Virus record (IMG/VR): IMGVR_UViG_3300045988_121860
Location: 1 to 39,938 of that record
Length of the DNA stretch: 39,938 nt
Reading direction: 5' to 3' (one strand)
From: a virus
Shown here in pieces: positions 23,225-30,408 of this stretch. Under the pieces are notes generated by a model. That model saw only the letters and a list, made by a program, of their open reading frames with translations. It ran no database searches and was not told the origin of the DNA. The translations under genes were made by a program, and so were the position numbers. Position 1 is the first letter of the stretch. Each line of letters starts with the position of its first letter.

Positions 23225-23974
23225 TCACTCGGCGGGGGAAACCCCGTCAGTGAAAGACTCAGGGGCGACGCGGCGCATCTCGGCGGCGATCGCCTTGTCG
23301 TCGACGGCGGCCCCAGACGCCTTCACGGCCGCCCTGGCCTTGTCATAGGTGGCACGCAGAGCCTTCGGGTCATAGCCATGGATGTTGGCCGCCTGGCCCT
23401 TCCATAACGGCGTCGGGACGCACGAGCAGTGATCGTGGTAGGCGTGCCCCTGCCCGGCCGTCGTGGCACTGGCGTAGACAAAACCACGGGAGGCGAGCAT
23501 GCTGCACCAGGCGCAGCAGCCGCCAGGGCCGGGCACGCGCGCCCACCGAGGTCGGGCAGGGTCGACGGCGACGTTCCGGTGCACCGTGTCCTTCCCCTGC
23601 TGCCCAATGAATCGGGACAGCGCGTTCCCCAGGGTGGCCTGCACCCCAGCCGGTTCAGCGCCCCACAGGCCGCCGACCGCCCAGCGGGTCGCCTGCGCCA
23701 CCTGCACCTCGGACGGCCCGTCAGCCAGGATGGCCGAGTAGGTGCCGCCGACGGCGTCGGCACGCAGCCGCTCATACCACTCCGCAGCACTGGACGCGGC
23801 TAGGTCGCCGTACTGGGCGGCGATGGCCGGCATCACCGCCAGAAGAGCATCACGCGCAGCCTCAGGGCTGGACAGGTCCAGGCGCCCAAACGCCGCCGAC
23901 AAGGCCGCCAACGCCATCCGCGTGGCCTCATCCAGGCCGCGGGACAGGCGCTCTAGGTCAGCCCGCGTCGTCAC
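23225..23974 (-). CDS. MuF-like minor head / head morphogenesis protein (249 aa)
   Basis: ORF track. It lies after the portal and carries a C-terminal CCAWC...HDHCSC motif as in SPP1 gp7/MuF-type proteins. Confidence 0.7.
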   Translation of the reverse strand: MTTRADLERLSRGLDEATRMALAALSAAFGRLDLSSPEAARDALLAVMPAIAAQYGDLAASSAAEWYERLRADAVGGTYSAILADGPSEVQVAQATRWAVGGLWGAEPAGVQATLGNALSRFIGQQGKDTVHRNVAVDPARPRWARVPGPGGCCAWCSMLASRGFVYASATTAGQGHAYHDHCSCVPTPLWKGQAANIHGYDPKALRATYDKARAAVKASGAAVDDKAIAAEMRRVAPESFTDGVSPAE

Positions 23975-25445
23975 CGCTGGTCACCTCGACCGGGGCCTCA
24001 GTGGGCTCCTGCGGCTCCTGCTCGGGCGGGGTGGGCGTGGACGCCAGCAGACGATCCAGCACCCCACCAGCCTGCGCCCGCTTGATCTGCGACCGAATCC
24101 TGACGATCTGCTCAGCACTGTACCCCAGTTCCTCCAGGGCCACGTCAGTCTGAGCGAGCTCCGGAATCGCGCTGATCTGCTTGACCACGGCGTCGGACTG
24201 GCTGACGACACTCGGCATGGCCGGGTTGCGCCACCTCGTGGCGAGATTCCGCACCTCGTCATCCATCTCAGTCACGGGGATACCGTCACGGAGGCAGATG
24301 GCGTCCTGCACGATCCGGTTCAGGCCGTAGCCGATAGATCGCGTCGTGTTCTGCGCCTCGATGACCAGGTCCTCCTTGGCGGCGTAGATCGCCTCAGCCG
24401 AGGACGGGTTGTCCTGGACGATGCCGAGCGCGGAGATCGGCAGTGACGTCGCCGAAGCGAACTCGGCCGCGAGCGCCCTCTTCATCGCCAAGAACGGCTC
24501 CATGCTCTGCTGCGGGATCACCTGGAGATCGGGCTTGTCCCCGTCCTCGTCCTTCGGCAGCGATTTGAGGCGCCCCATGTACCAGGACCAGAGCGGAACC
24601 TTCTCGCCCTGGGCGTCCTGGAACATCGTCTCATCCGCCCCCAGCAGCAGCAGCGCCGGAGCCGCGTACAGGTCGCTACTGACTTCGGTGCGGAAGCCTG
24701 CCCTGACGACGCGGTCCGTGATGGACATGACCTCGCGGCTGATACGCGACCGCCCAAACGGGCGGCCGAGCGCAGGTCGGTACGGCAGAGGCTCCATAGG
24801 GACGCGCCCCAGGGAGTGGTCCATCCTCGCGACGGCCACCCACCCCCGGTCGCCCAGGGCCAGGCGAGTCACATGCTCAGCCGTCAGCAGCAGCATCGAC
24901 GTCGGCTTGCCGTTGTCATCCGCAGAGTCCACCAGCAGGCCAGCCTCCAGGCCACGACGACGCACATCCCACAGGCCAGTAGCCCACAGAGCGTCAGCAC
25001 CCGTCACAACCACGTCAGGGTCACCCGCAGCCGGATCACCCGGCAGGGCCACCACGAACGAGCAGCAGTAGGTGAGGGTCGCGTCCACAAGCTCGGGCAC
25101 GAGCAGGTCGAACCTGTTCTCGTGCAGCAGCGACATGGCCCCTAGGGGGTCCTCCTCGCCTGACGGCGACGTGACCCCATCCCACATGCAGCGGGACGCC
25201 AGCGACGTGACCGCCTTATCCGGCCAGCCACAGACGATATCCAGTTGGTCCCGCATGTAGGGCGGCACCGAGGCACCCAGGAACGCCACGTTCACCTGCA
25301 TGTCCCGGTACTGGCGGCGGAGAGCGTTTCGGGCGCGCTTGGCCTGCCACTGCTTGACCAGGCGGGCCATGAGGGCGGCGTCATCCTCAGCCAGGCCGAC
25401 GACGTCGGTCGGCACCGGAGAGTAGTAGGCCCACTGGTCCATCAC
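23958..25445 (-). CDS. Portal protein (495 aa)
   Basis: ORF track. The size, the position after terL (ATGA overlap) and SPP1 gp6-like features support the call. Confidence 0.85.
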   Translation of the reverse strand: MMDQWAYYSPVPTDVVGLAEDDAALMARLVKQWQAKRARNALRRQYRDMQVNVAFLGASVPPYMRDQLDIVCGWPDKAVTSLASRCMWDGVTSPSGEEDPLGAMSLLHENRFDLLVPELVDATLTYCCSFVVALPGDPAAGDPDVVVTGADALWATGLWDVRRRGLEAGLLVDSADDNGKPTSMLLLTAEHVTRLALGDRGWVAVARMDHSLGRVPMEPLPYRPALGRPFGRSRISREVMSITDRVVRAGFRTEVSSDLYAAPALLLLGADETMFQDAQGEKVPLWSWYMGRLKSLPKDEDGDKPDLQVIPQQSMEPFLAMKRALAAEFASATSLPISALGIVQDNPSSAEAIYAAKEDLVIEAQNTTRSIGYGLNRIVQDAICLRDGIPVTEMDDEVRNLATRWRNPAMPSVVSQSDAVVKQISAIPELAQTDVALEELGYSAEQIVRIRSQIKRAQAGGVLDRLLASTPTPPEQEPQEPTEAPVEVTSGDDAG

Positions 25446-26917
25446 ATCACCACCCCCACGCGGGCACCGGCCAGTTCGCGCGGCCTGCGCTTCGTTGTCT
25501 TCGTGGCCCAGTGGGCCAGTGTCAGTGCGTCCATCCCGGCTGAGGTCATCCCCTCCGGGGCGGTCCAGCCGAACCCGCCGGATGCGCCGATCTTCCGGCG
25601 GGAGATGACGGCGGCCTCAGCCTCAAGCTCGGCGTCGTCCGGGTGCGACAGGGTGCGGTCCCGGATCGCGGCGTCCATCATCGCGTGCGCGGCGATGACC
25701 TGATCCGTCGTCGGCGTCCAAATCACCTTCGGGCTGAATCCTGCGGCGCGGAGGCGGTCAACCAGGTCGCCCGCGCCGGACTTGCCGTCGACGACGATCT
25801 GCGCCCACCGGTCCCGGTGCTCGGTCAGGTAGTCCAGGATCCAGTGGACGCCCTCACCCATGTTGCGCACCCCCTGCGAGGTGCACAGCTGAGCATAGAC
25901 AGCCTCACTCTTGCGCTCAGGCTTGCGGCCAGCGCGAGCCAGGGCCACCGTAGAGCCGTCCACCGAGAACCTCACGGCCGCGCACCAGCGCAGCCCGCTC
26001 GGGGCGTCGTCCACCGTCAGGGCGTTCCACGCCTCGCGGCCGATTGCCTGAGAGGCGACCTCCGGGTCCCAGATTCCCAGGCCCTCGCGACGGAACGACT
26101 CTGGCCCCAGTTGGCGCTTCATCCGCAGGATCGCCGACTCCGGCGTCCGATGCGGGAAACTCGGGTTCGCCTTCCGCCACTGCTTCCTGTCGTCCGGGTC
26201 CGCATCGTCATCCGCGCCGACCTCGACATACAGGCCATCACTCATCTCACCCGCGAGCGCTTGCTTCCTGAACGTCGTGAACGCCTCAGACGGGTCCGTC
26301 GGGCGCGGCGGCGTACCCAACCTCAGGATCAGTGGGTTCGGGGCGGTATTGACCGCGGGCACCATGTCATCCAGCGCCCGCTGGCCGAGGATCTGCGCCT
26401 CGTCAAAGACGATGATGTCGACGCCGGCGAAGCCACGGCCGAAGCCGCCCTCGCGGGCGCCGAACAGGATGCGGCTCCCGTTGGTGAACCGGATCTGCTG
26501 CTGGCCGTTCGCCTGCCTTGGTCGGCCGTCGATGTACGGGGCGATCTCCGGCTTCAGGGCGAGCCCCTGCATCGACGCGAACGTCTCATCCGCCGTCCTC
26601 GTGCGGTGTGCCGTCCAGAGGACGAAGAGCCCTTCGTTCAGGGTGCACAGGGCGAAGATCATCGCCCCGAAGGTAAAAGTTTTGCCCGCTTGACGGCAGA
26701 TCGAGACCTGCACGCCGTCGATGCTGGCCGCGTAGAGCCCACTCTTCCGCTTCGCCAGGATCGCGCGCCCCAGCCCGTCCTGCCAGCGGTCGAAGGTCAG
26801 GCCGAAGCGCTTCGCCCGGTCGCGGACGGCCGGCCAGCCCGTGGACGTGATGCCCTCGGGCAGGATGAGGTGCTTGGCGATGTCGGACAGGCGCGGCTCA
26901 GATGTCCCCGAGCCCAT
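25442..26917 (-). CDS. terL: Terminase large subunit (491 aa)
   Basis: ORF 25442..27058 trimmed to Met48 (MGSGTSEPRLSDIAKHLILPEG...). It has a Walker-type segment (VSICRQAGKTF) and DIIVFDEAQ, and its start overlaps the terS 3' end. Confidence 0.85.
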   Translation of the reverse strand: MGSGTSEPRLSDIAKHLILPEGITSTGWPAVRDRAKRFGLTFDRWQDGLGRAILAKRKSGLYAASIDGVQVSICRQAGKTFTFGAMIFALCTLNEGLFVLWTAHRTRTADETFASMQGLALKPEIAPYIDGRPRQANGQQQIRFTNGSRILFGAREGGFGRGFAGVDIIVFDEAQILGQRALDDMVPAVNTAPNPLILRLGTPPRPTDPSEAFTTFRKQALAGEMSDGLYVEVGADDDADPDDRKQWRKANPSFPHRTPESAILRMKRQLGPESFRREGLGIWDPEVASQAIGREAWNALTVDDAPSGLRWCAAVRFSVDGSTVALARAGRKPERKSEAVYAQLCTSQGVRNMGEGVHWILDYLTEHRDRWAQIVVDGKSGAGDLVDRLRAAGFSPKVIWTPTTDQVIAAHAMMDAAIRDRTLSHPDDAELEAEAAVISRRKIGASGGFGWTAPEGMTSAGMDALTLAHWATKTTKRRPRELAGARVGVVM

Positions 26918-27194
26918 CTTCGTCTTCCGTTGCCTCGGTCGCCGTCTGCCGCTCATGCTCCTCGCGAGCCAGGTCGATCTCCCGGATGGTCTTGTCCACC
27001 TCCAGGAGGCGACGGGATAGGGCGGCCAGGTCGCGGGCAGGGGTGCTCGGGTCATCAATAGACGCAGCGAGGCGACGGCGAAGCGTCACCATCACGTCCC
27101 TGCTGTCCCCGTGCTCCGTCGCATCCAAGACGCTCCCAGGGGCCTGAGGAGCCGTCTCGTCGTCCCTCACGGCACGGAGTCTCGCGGCACTCAT
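26898..27194 (-). CDS. terS: Terminase small subunit candidate (98 aa)
   Basis: ORF 26898..27200 with the ATG at 27194 after AAGGGGG. LRRRLAASIDDPSTPARDLAALSRRLLEVDKTIREID resembles actinophage small terminases. It lies between HNH and terL. Confidence 0.6.
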   Translation of the reverse strand: MSAARLRAVRDDETAPQAPGSVLDATEHGDSRDVMVTLRRRLAASIDDPSTPARDLAALSRRLLEVDKTIREIDLAREEHERQTATEATEDEDGLGDI

Positions 27195-27259
27195 AAGCAC
27201 CCCCTTGGGAAAAAACAGTGGGGAGAGATGCCGCTATACCCACGGGGGGGCGAGAATGG

Positions 27260-27290
27260 CCGGGCGGGGGGTATATCCCCCCTGTCCCGG
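27260..27290. other. G/C-run palindrome in the HNH-terS gap (candidate cos/terminase recognition element)
   Basis: CCGGGC-GGGGGG-TATAT-CCCCCC-TGTCCCGG with a perfect core GGGGGGTATATCCCCCC at 27266-27282. A G7 run lies at 27244-27250. Confidence 0.3.
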
Positions 27291-27306
27291 TGTTTCTGTG
27301 GCTACT

Positions 27307-27627
27307 CTACCATGTTTCGTGGTCGGTTGTTGGTTTGATTCTGGCCGTTTGGTTGCGTTTCCGTTTTGGTGGCCGCACTTTTCTGCCGTTTCCTTTGTGT
27401 TGGTTGCATTTTCGGCAGATGATTTGAATATTGTCTAATGAGTCGTTTCCGCCTCGACTGTGAGGCACGATGTGGTCGGCCTCAGGGCTACTAGGCAGTA
27501 GGCTAGCGTCCCAGGCGAGGCGGACGTGGCAGAGCGGACAGTGCTCTAGTCCTGCCGCGCGCGCGCTGCGCTTGGCCGCTGCTGCGTTGTGGAGCCAGCG
27601 TGTGGTGCCGGTGCGTGAGGTGGTCAC
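27307..27627 (-). CDS. HNH endonuclease (106 aa), packaging-associated
   Basis: ORF 27307..27732 trimmed to the GTG at 27627, 5 nt after GAGGAGG. CPLCHVRL...ADHIVPHSRGGNDSLDNIQIICRKCNQHKGN is a canonical HNH motif. It lies immediately upstream of terS/terL. Confidence 0.85.
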   Translation of the reverse strand: MTTSRTGTTRWLHNAAAAKRSARAAGLEHCPLCHVRLAWDASLLPSSPEADHIVPHSRGGNDSLDNIQIICRKCNQHKGNGRKVRPPKRKRNQTARIKPTTDHETW

Positions 27628-27653
27628 GTCGTCCTCCTCGCGCGCGCGTGCGC

Positions 27654-27694
27654 ACGCGGCCCGCGTCACGCTGCTGTGCGTGAGCGGGCCGCGT
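27654..27694 (-). other. Very stable hairpin in the late-operon leader
   Basis: The arm ACGCGGCCCGCGTCACGC (27654-27671) pairs with GCGTGAGCGGGCCGCGT (27678-27694): 17 bp with one bulge and a 6-nt loop. It lies directly upstream of the HNH SD. Confidence 0.5.
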
Positions 27695-27737
27695 CGCTTC
27701 TCCCCATTCCCTTCTCCCCAGAAGGGTAGCAACAGTG

Positions 27738-27768
27738 GAGCCCAGCAGTCTTGTGGACGGCTGGGCTC
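27738..27768. other. Second hairpin in the late-operon leader
   Basis: GAGCCCAGC (27738-27746) pairs with GCTGGGCTC (27760-27768). An inner GTC/GAC pair extends the stem. Confidence 0.45.
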
Positions 27769-28047
27769 TGACAGTTTGCCTATGTTCGTATGATGCGTGT
27801 TTCAGTGGCGATGTGCAAGTGGTGGTCGTGCCTGGCGTGTTGCGGTTTGGTTACGGGGTCGGGGTGGTTTGTTGTGGGGTGCCCCCGTCATTCATCCCCT
27901 GCCCCTGCGTTGATATCCCTGCCCCCCTTGTTTAGTGGGGGTGCCCTTGTTTCGCGAGGGGGTGGGTGTCCATGATGGGCGCCCCCTTGCTGTAGCCCCG
28001 CCCCCTTTAGTGTGGCCCACCCCACTGTTTGCATACACCCCCTGGGC

Positions 28048-28077
28048 TTGCACCCATTCGGTATGCAGGCATACACT
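28048..28077 (+). promoter_or_regulatory. Cassette promoter PA: -35 TTGCAC, 18-bp spacer containing palindrome GTATGC-AG-GCATAC, -10 TACACT
   Basis: TTGCAC at 28048-28053, palindrome at 28061-28074, TACACT at 28072-28077. AAAGGAA and the ATG at 28114 follow. About 80% identical to 29265-29330. Confidence 0.6.
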
Positions 28078-28113
28078 AGAGCCATCGGAACAGACAGAAA
28101 GGAACTCCCCAGA

Positions 28114-28368
28114 ATGTCCGCCACCATCGCAGCCGCCACCTACCTGGCCCGCTACTACGGCCCCGAGGCCGTCACCGTCTACTCCCTCCCCGACGTCGAA
28201 GGTGAGGCTATCGATGTCCACTGGGCCGGCGGACTCGCCACAATCCACCAAGTGAACAGCGCCGTGTGGCGCGTGAACTGCGCCCTCGCCCACCAGGACG
28301 TGAACCTCCTCCGCCTGCCGAAGACGGTCGAAGAGATGATCCTCGCCGCCAAGGCGACCACCAACTGA
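28114..28368 (+). CDS. Cassette protein 1, hypothetical (84 aa)
   Basis: The ATG at 28114 is in frame with ORF 28012..28368 and is preceded by AAAGGAA. No family recognised. Confidence 0.65.
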   Translation: MSATIAAATYLARYYGPEAVTVYSLPDVEGEAIDVHWAGGLATIHQVNSAVWRVNCALAHQDVNLLRLPKTVEEMILAAKATTN

Positions 28369-28379
28369 CCGCCCCCGTT

Positions 28380-28402
28380 GCCCGCCCCGAAATGGGGTGG
28401 GC
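28380..28402 (+). other. GC hairpin between cassette genes 1 and 2
   Basis: GCCCGCCCC-gaaat-GGGGTGGGC, 9 bp with one G-T pair and no U-tract. Confidence 0.4.
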
Positions 28403-28423
28403 GCCCCCAGAAAGGAAACCACC

Positions 28424-28750
28424 ATGGCCCGCTACAACTGGAACCCTGCCACCGCCTCCGACTACCCCGGCGCTGTCCTGGTCGCTACCGCTGACGATGG
28501 CGCGGTGATCCGCCTCCACCTGGATGCCTTCGACGACGAGGTTGAGGCGGCCTTCGTGATCGAGACGCACCCCGGCCGGTTCGTGACGACGGAGGAGTCG
28601 TCTTGCTGGCCGGCGGTGGAGCGCTACGTCCCGCGCGAGGAGTGGACGCCTGAGATGTACGGCAGCCTAGACGTCCCGTCCATGCGCCACCCCGACCCGG
28701 CGGTGACGGAGGCGATCGACGTCTACCGCCGGGCGATGCTGAACGACTGA
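28424..28750 (+). CDS. Cassette protein 2, strongly acidic hypothetical (108 aa)
   Basis: The ATG at 28424 follows GAAAGGAAAC and is in frame with ORF 28397..28750. By my count there are 20 Asp+Glu against 8 Arg+Lys. Confidence 0.65.
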   Translation: MARYNWNPATASDYPGAVLVATADDGAVIRLHLDAFDDEVEAAFVIETHPGRFVTTEESSCWPAVERYVPREEWTPEMYGSLDVPSMRHPDPAVTEAIDVYRRAMLND

Positions 28751-28760
28751 ACACCCACCT

Positions 28761-28786
28761 GCCCGGCCCTACCGTGGGGGCCGGGC
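28761..28786 (+). terminator. Stem-loop after cassette gene 2
   Basis: GCCCGGCCC-taccgtgg-GGGCCGGGC, a perfect 9-bp stem with no clear U-tract. Confidence 0.4.
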
Positions 28787-28805
28787 CTGACCTAGAGAGG
28801 AGAAG

Positions 28806-29045
28806 ATGATGAGTGCTGAGACTGAGCGCGCATTGGAGGAGGCTGTGATGGCGCACGTGGCCTCCGAAGGAGATGGTGACATGGTTGGCGCGTGGCTGCT
28901 GCTCGCACAGACGGAGCGGCTCACAGATGCGGAGGAGGGGCGTAGCGCCTATCACTCCCACCTGCGGGGGAACTCGTTCACGATGGTGGGCATCTGCGAC
29001 GCCTGGAAGCACTCGGTTATGGCGAGCACGGTGAGGGACTCATGA
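28806..29045 (+). CDS. Cassette protein 3, acidic hypothetical (79 aa)
   Basis: ORF track. GAGAGGAGAAG lies upstream, and the stop overlaps the start of gene 4 (ATGA). Confidence 0.65.
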   Translation: MMSAETERALEEAVMAHVASEGDGDMVGAWLLLAQTERLTDAEEGRSAYHSHLRGNSFTMVGICDAWKHSVMASTVRDS

Positions 29046-29260
29046 ACAACCAGGAGGTCCCGAGCTTGTTGGAGTTGGACCGCCTGCGCTGTGAGGTGGA
29101 GGCGGTTCGTGAGGTGCTGGATGAGATTGAGAACCAGCGTCGGGCCGCGGCGGTGGCTGCGGTGCGTGCCGGGAAGGGTAAGGCTCCGGTGGCGCTCGCG
29201 GCGGGGGTGACTCGGCAGACGTTGGACCGCTGGCTTGGTGTGTGGCAGCGCACATCTTGA
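29042..29260 (+). CDS. Cassette protein 4: small coiled-coil + C-terminal HTH protein (72 aa), candidate cassette regulator
   Basis: ORF track. KAPVALAAGVTRQTLDRWLGVW has an HTH pattern, and the N-terminal LLELDRLRCEVEAVREVLDEIENQRR is coiled-coil-like. Confidence 0.6.
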   Translation: MNNQEVPSLLELDRLRCEVEAVREVLDEIENQRRAAAVAAVRAGKGKAPVALAAGVTRQTLDRWLGVWQRTS

Positions 29261-29264
29261 GAGG

Positions 29265-29294
29265 TTGACCCCATTCAGTATGAGAGCATACACT
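29265..29294 (+). promoter_or_regulatory. Cassette promoter PB: -35 TTGACC, 18-bp spacer with GTATGA-GA-GCATAC, -10 TACACT
   Basis: TTGACC at 29265-29270, palindrome at 29278-29291, TACACT at 29289-29294. This is a duplicate of PA including the 5'UTR up to the ATG at 29328. Confidence 0.6.
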
Positions 29295-29327
29295 TAAGCC
29301 ATCGGGAACGAAGAAAGGAACCCCAAA

Positions 29328-29582
29328 ATGAGCACCATCCGCAAGGCCCTCAACACCATCAAGAACACCGACTACGCCGCCGCTGGCCAGATCAAGGTCA
29401 TCGACCTCGTGGATGGCACGATCGCCATCGGCCCCCGCGGCCAGTACGTCCAGGAGAGCCGCGACCTCGGCCTCATCATCAACGGCCGCGTGGCCGCCTG
29501 GCCGGACGATGACCCCACCGACGCTGACCTCCGCGCCGCCGTCGCCGCCCTCCTCGGCTACGACCCTGAGACCGCCAACTGA
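29328..29582 (+). CDS. Cassette protein 5, hypothetical (84 aa)
   Basis: ORF track. AAAGGAA lies upstream. It is the same length as protein 1, with a similar first few codons. Confidence 0.65.
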   Translation: MSTIRKALNTIKNTDYAAAGQIKVIDLVDGTIAIGPRGQYVQESRDLGLIINGRVAAWPDDDPTDADLRAAVAALLGYDPETAN

Positions 29583-29670
29583 CCCGCCTACCCGCCCGGA
29601 TGGTCGCAGCGGGGGTTCGGCTCCCCCGCCGGGCACGACCCCTAACCCAACTACCCCAAAGAGAACAGTC

Positions 29671-29898
29671 ATGAACCTGTACCCCACACGCAACGAAGCC
29701 ATCGAGCACGAGATTCGCGACGTGCTACGCCAGAGCGAGGACGCCACCGGCCCGATCGATGACGCCTTCGACATTGACGCCATCGCCGACGAGACCATCA
29801 CCATGTTCATCACCAAGGGCAGGATGATCACCTACTGCCTGAGCCCCGACATCTACCCAAGCAAGTTCTGGGAGATCGTCGAGAAGCACACCCGCTGA
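29671..29898 (+). CDS. Cassette protein 6, acidic hypothetical (75 aa)
   Basis: The ATG at 29671 (MNLYPTRNEAIEHEIRD...) is in frame with ORF 29413..29898, whose longer N-terminus is Pro/Ser/Thr shadow sequence. Confidence 0.6.
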   Translation: MNLYPTRNEAIEHEIRDVLRQSEDATGPIDDAFDIDAIADETITMFITKGRMITYCLSPDIYPSKFWEIVEKHTR

Positions 29899-29909
29899 CC
29901 GAATACGGG

Positions 29910-29938
29910 AGGCGCCCCACCTGGCTGGTGGGGCGCCT
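29910..29938. terminator. Bidirectional terminator between the cassette and the end of the early operon
   Basis: AGGCGCCCCACC-tggc-TGGTGGGGCGCCT, followed by TTCGTC on the plus strand. It lies between convergent stops at 29898 and 29942. Confidence 0.7.
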
Positions 29939-29941
29939 TCG

Positions 29942-30196
29942 TCATGTTCGTAGGACCAGTAGCGGCCCTTCCTCTCTCGGGTGGTCCGGTAGCCTCATGA
30001 TGGCGCATCCAGGACCGAAGGGGACGGCCTTGGCTGGCAGCCTGCCGGGCCGGTTGATGGCGATGGCGACGCGCGCGATCGCGCCTGCTAGGCGGTCCCA
30101 CTCGGCGTCCTCGGTGTCACGCTTGGCTTGCTCCTCGGCGCTCGCGGCCACCCAGGGCGCTTCGGCCCATGGGTGCGCGATCTCGACGTCGGTCAT
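29942..30196 (-). CDS. Hypothetical protein (84 aa), last early-operon gene
   Basis: ORF track. ATGA overlap with the upstream stop at 30193-30196. Confidence 0.6.
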   Translation of the reverse strand: MTDVEIAHPWAEAPWVAASAEEQAKRDTEDAEWDRLAGAIARVAIAINRPGRLPAKAVPFGPGCAIMRLPDHPREEGPLLVLRT

Positions 30197-30408
30197 TTCA
30201 TGTCTCCGATTGCGTCTCGGGCTTCGGTGAGCATGCCGATCACCTTCCCTATGGCCTCGGTGGCGTCGGCGGTTGGTAGGCCGGCTGCGAGGCCGCCGAT
30301 GGCGGCGGCGTGCCCCATCATGGCGGCGGTGAGGCTTCCCTTCATGGATGCCTTGACGGCTTCCTCGGCGACGGCGGCTAGCGCCGTCTGGATCATCTCT
30401 GGTGTCAT
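30193..30408 (-). CDS. Hypothetical Ala-rich protein (71 aa)
   Basis: The ATG at 30408 (MTPEMIQTALAAVAEE...) is in frame with ORF 30193..30870 and forms an ATGA overlap with the stop of 30405..31172. Confidence 0.55.
   Translation of the reverse strand: MTPEMIQTALAAVAEEAVKASMKGSLTAAMMGHAAAIGGLAAGLPTADATEAIGKVIGMLTEARDAIGDMK

Noticed and set aside
25643-27061. 472-aa plus-strand ORF
   Set aside because: It is antisense to the terminase large subunit, has Arg/Pro-rich shadow composition, and has no start-codon context.
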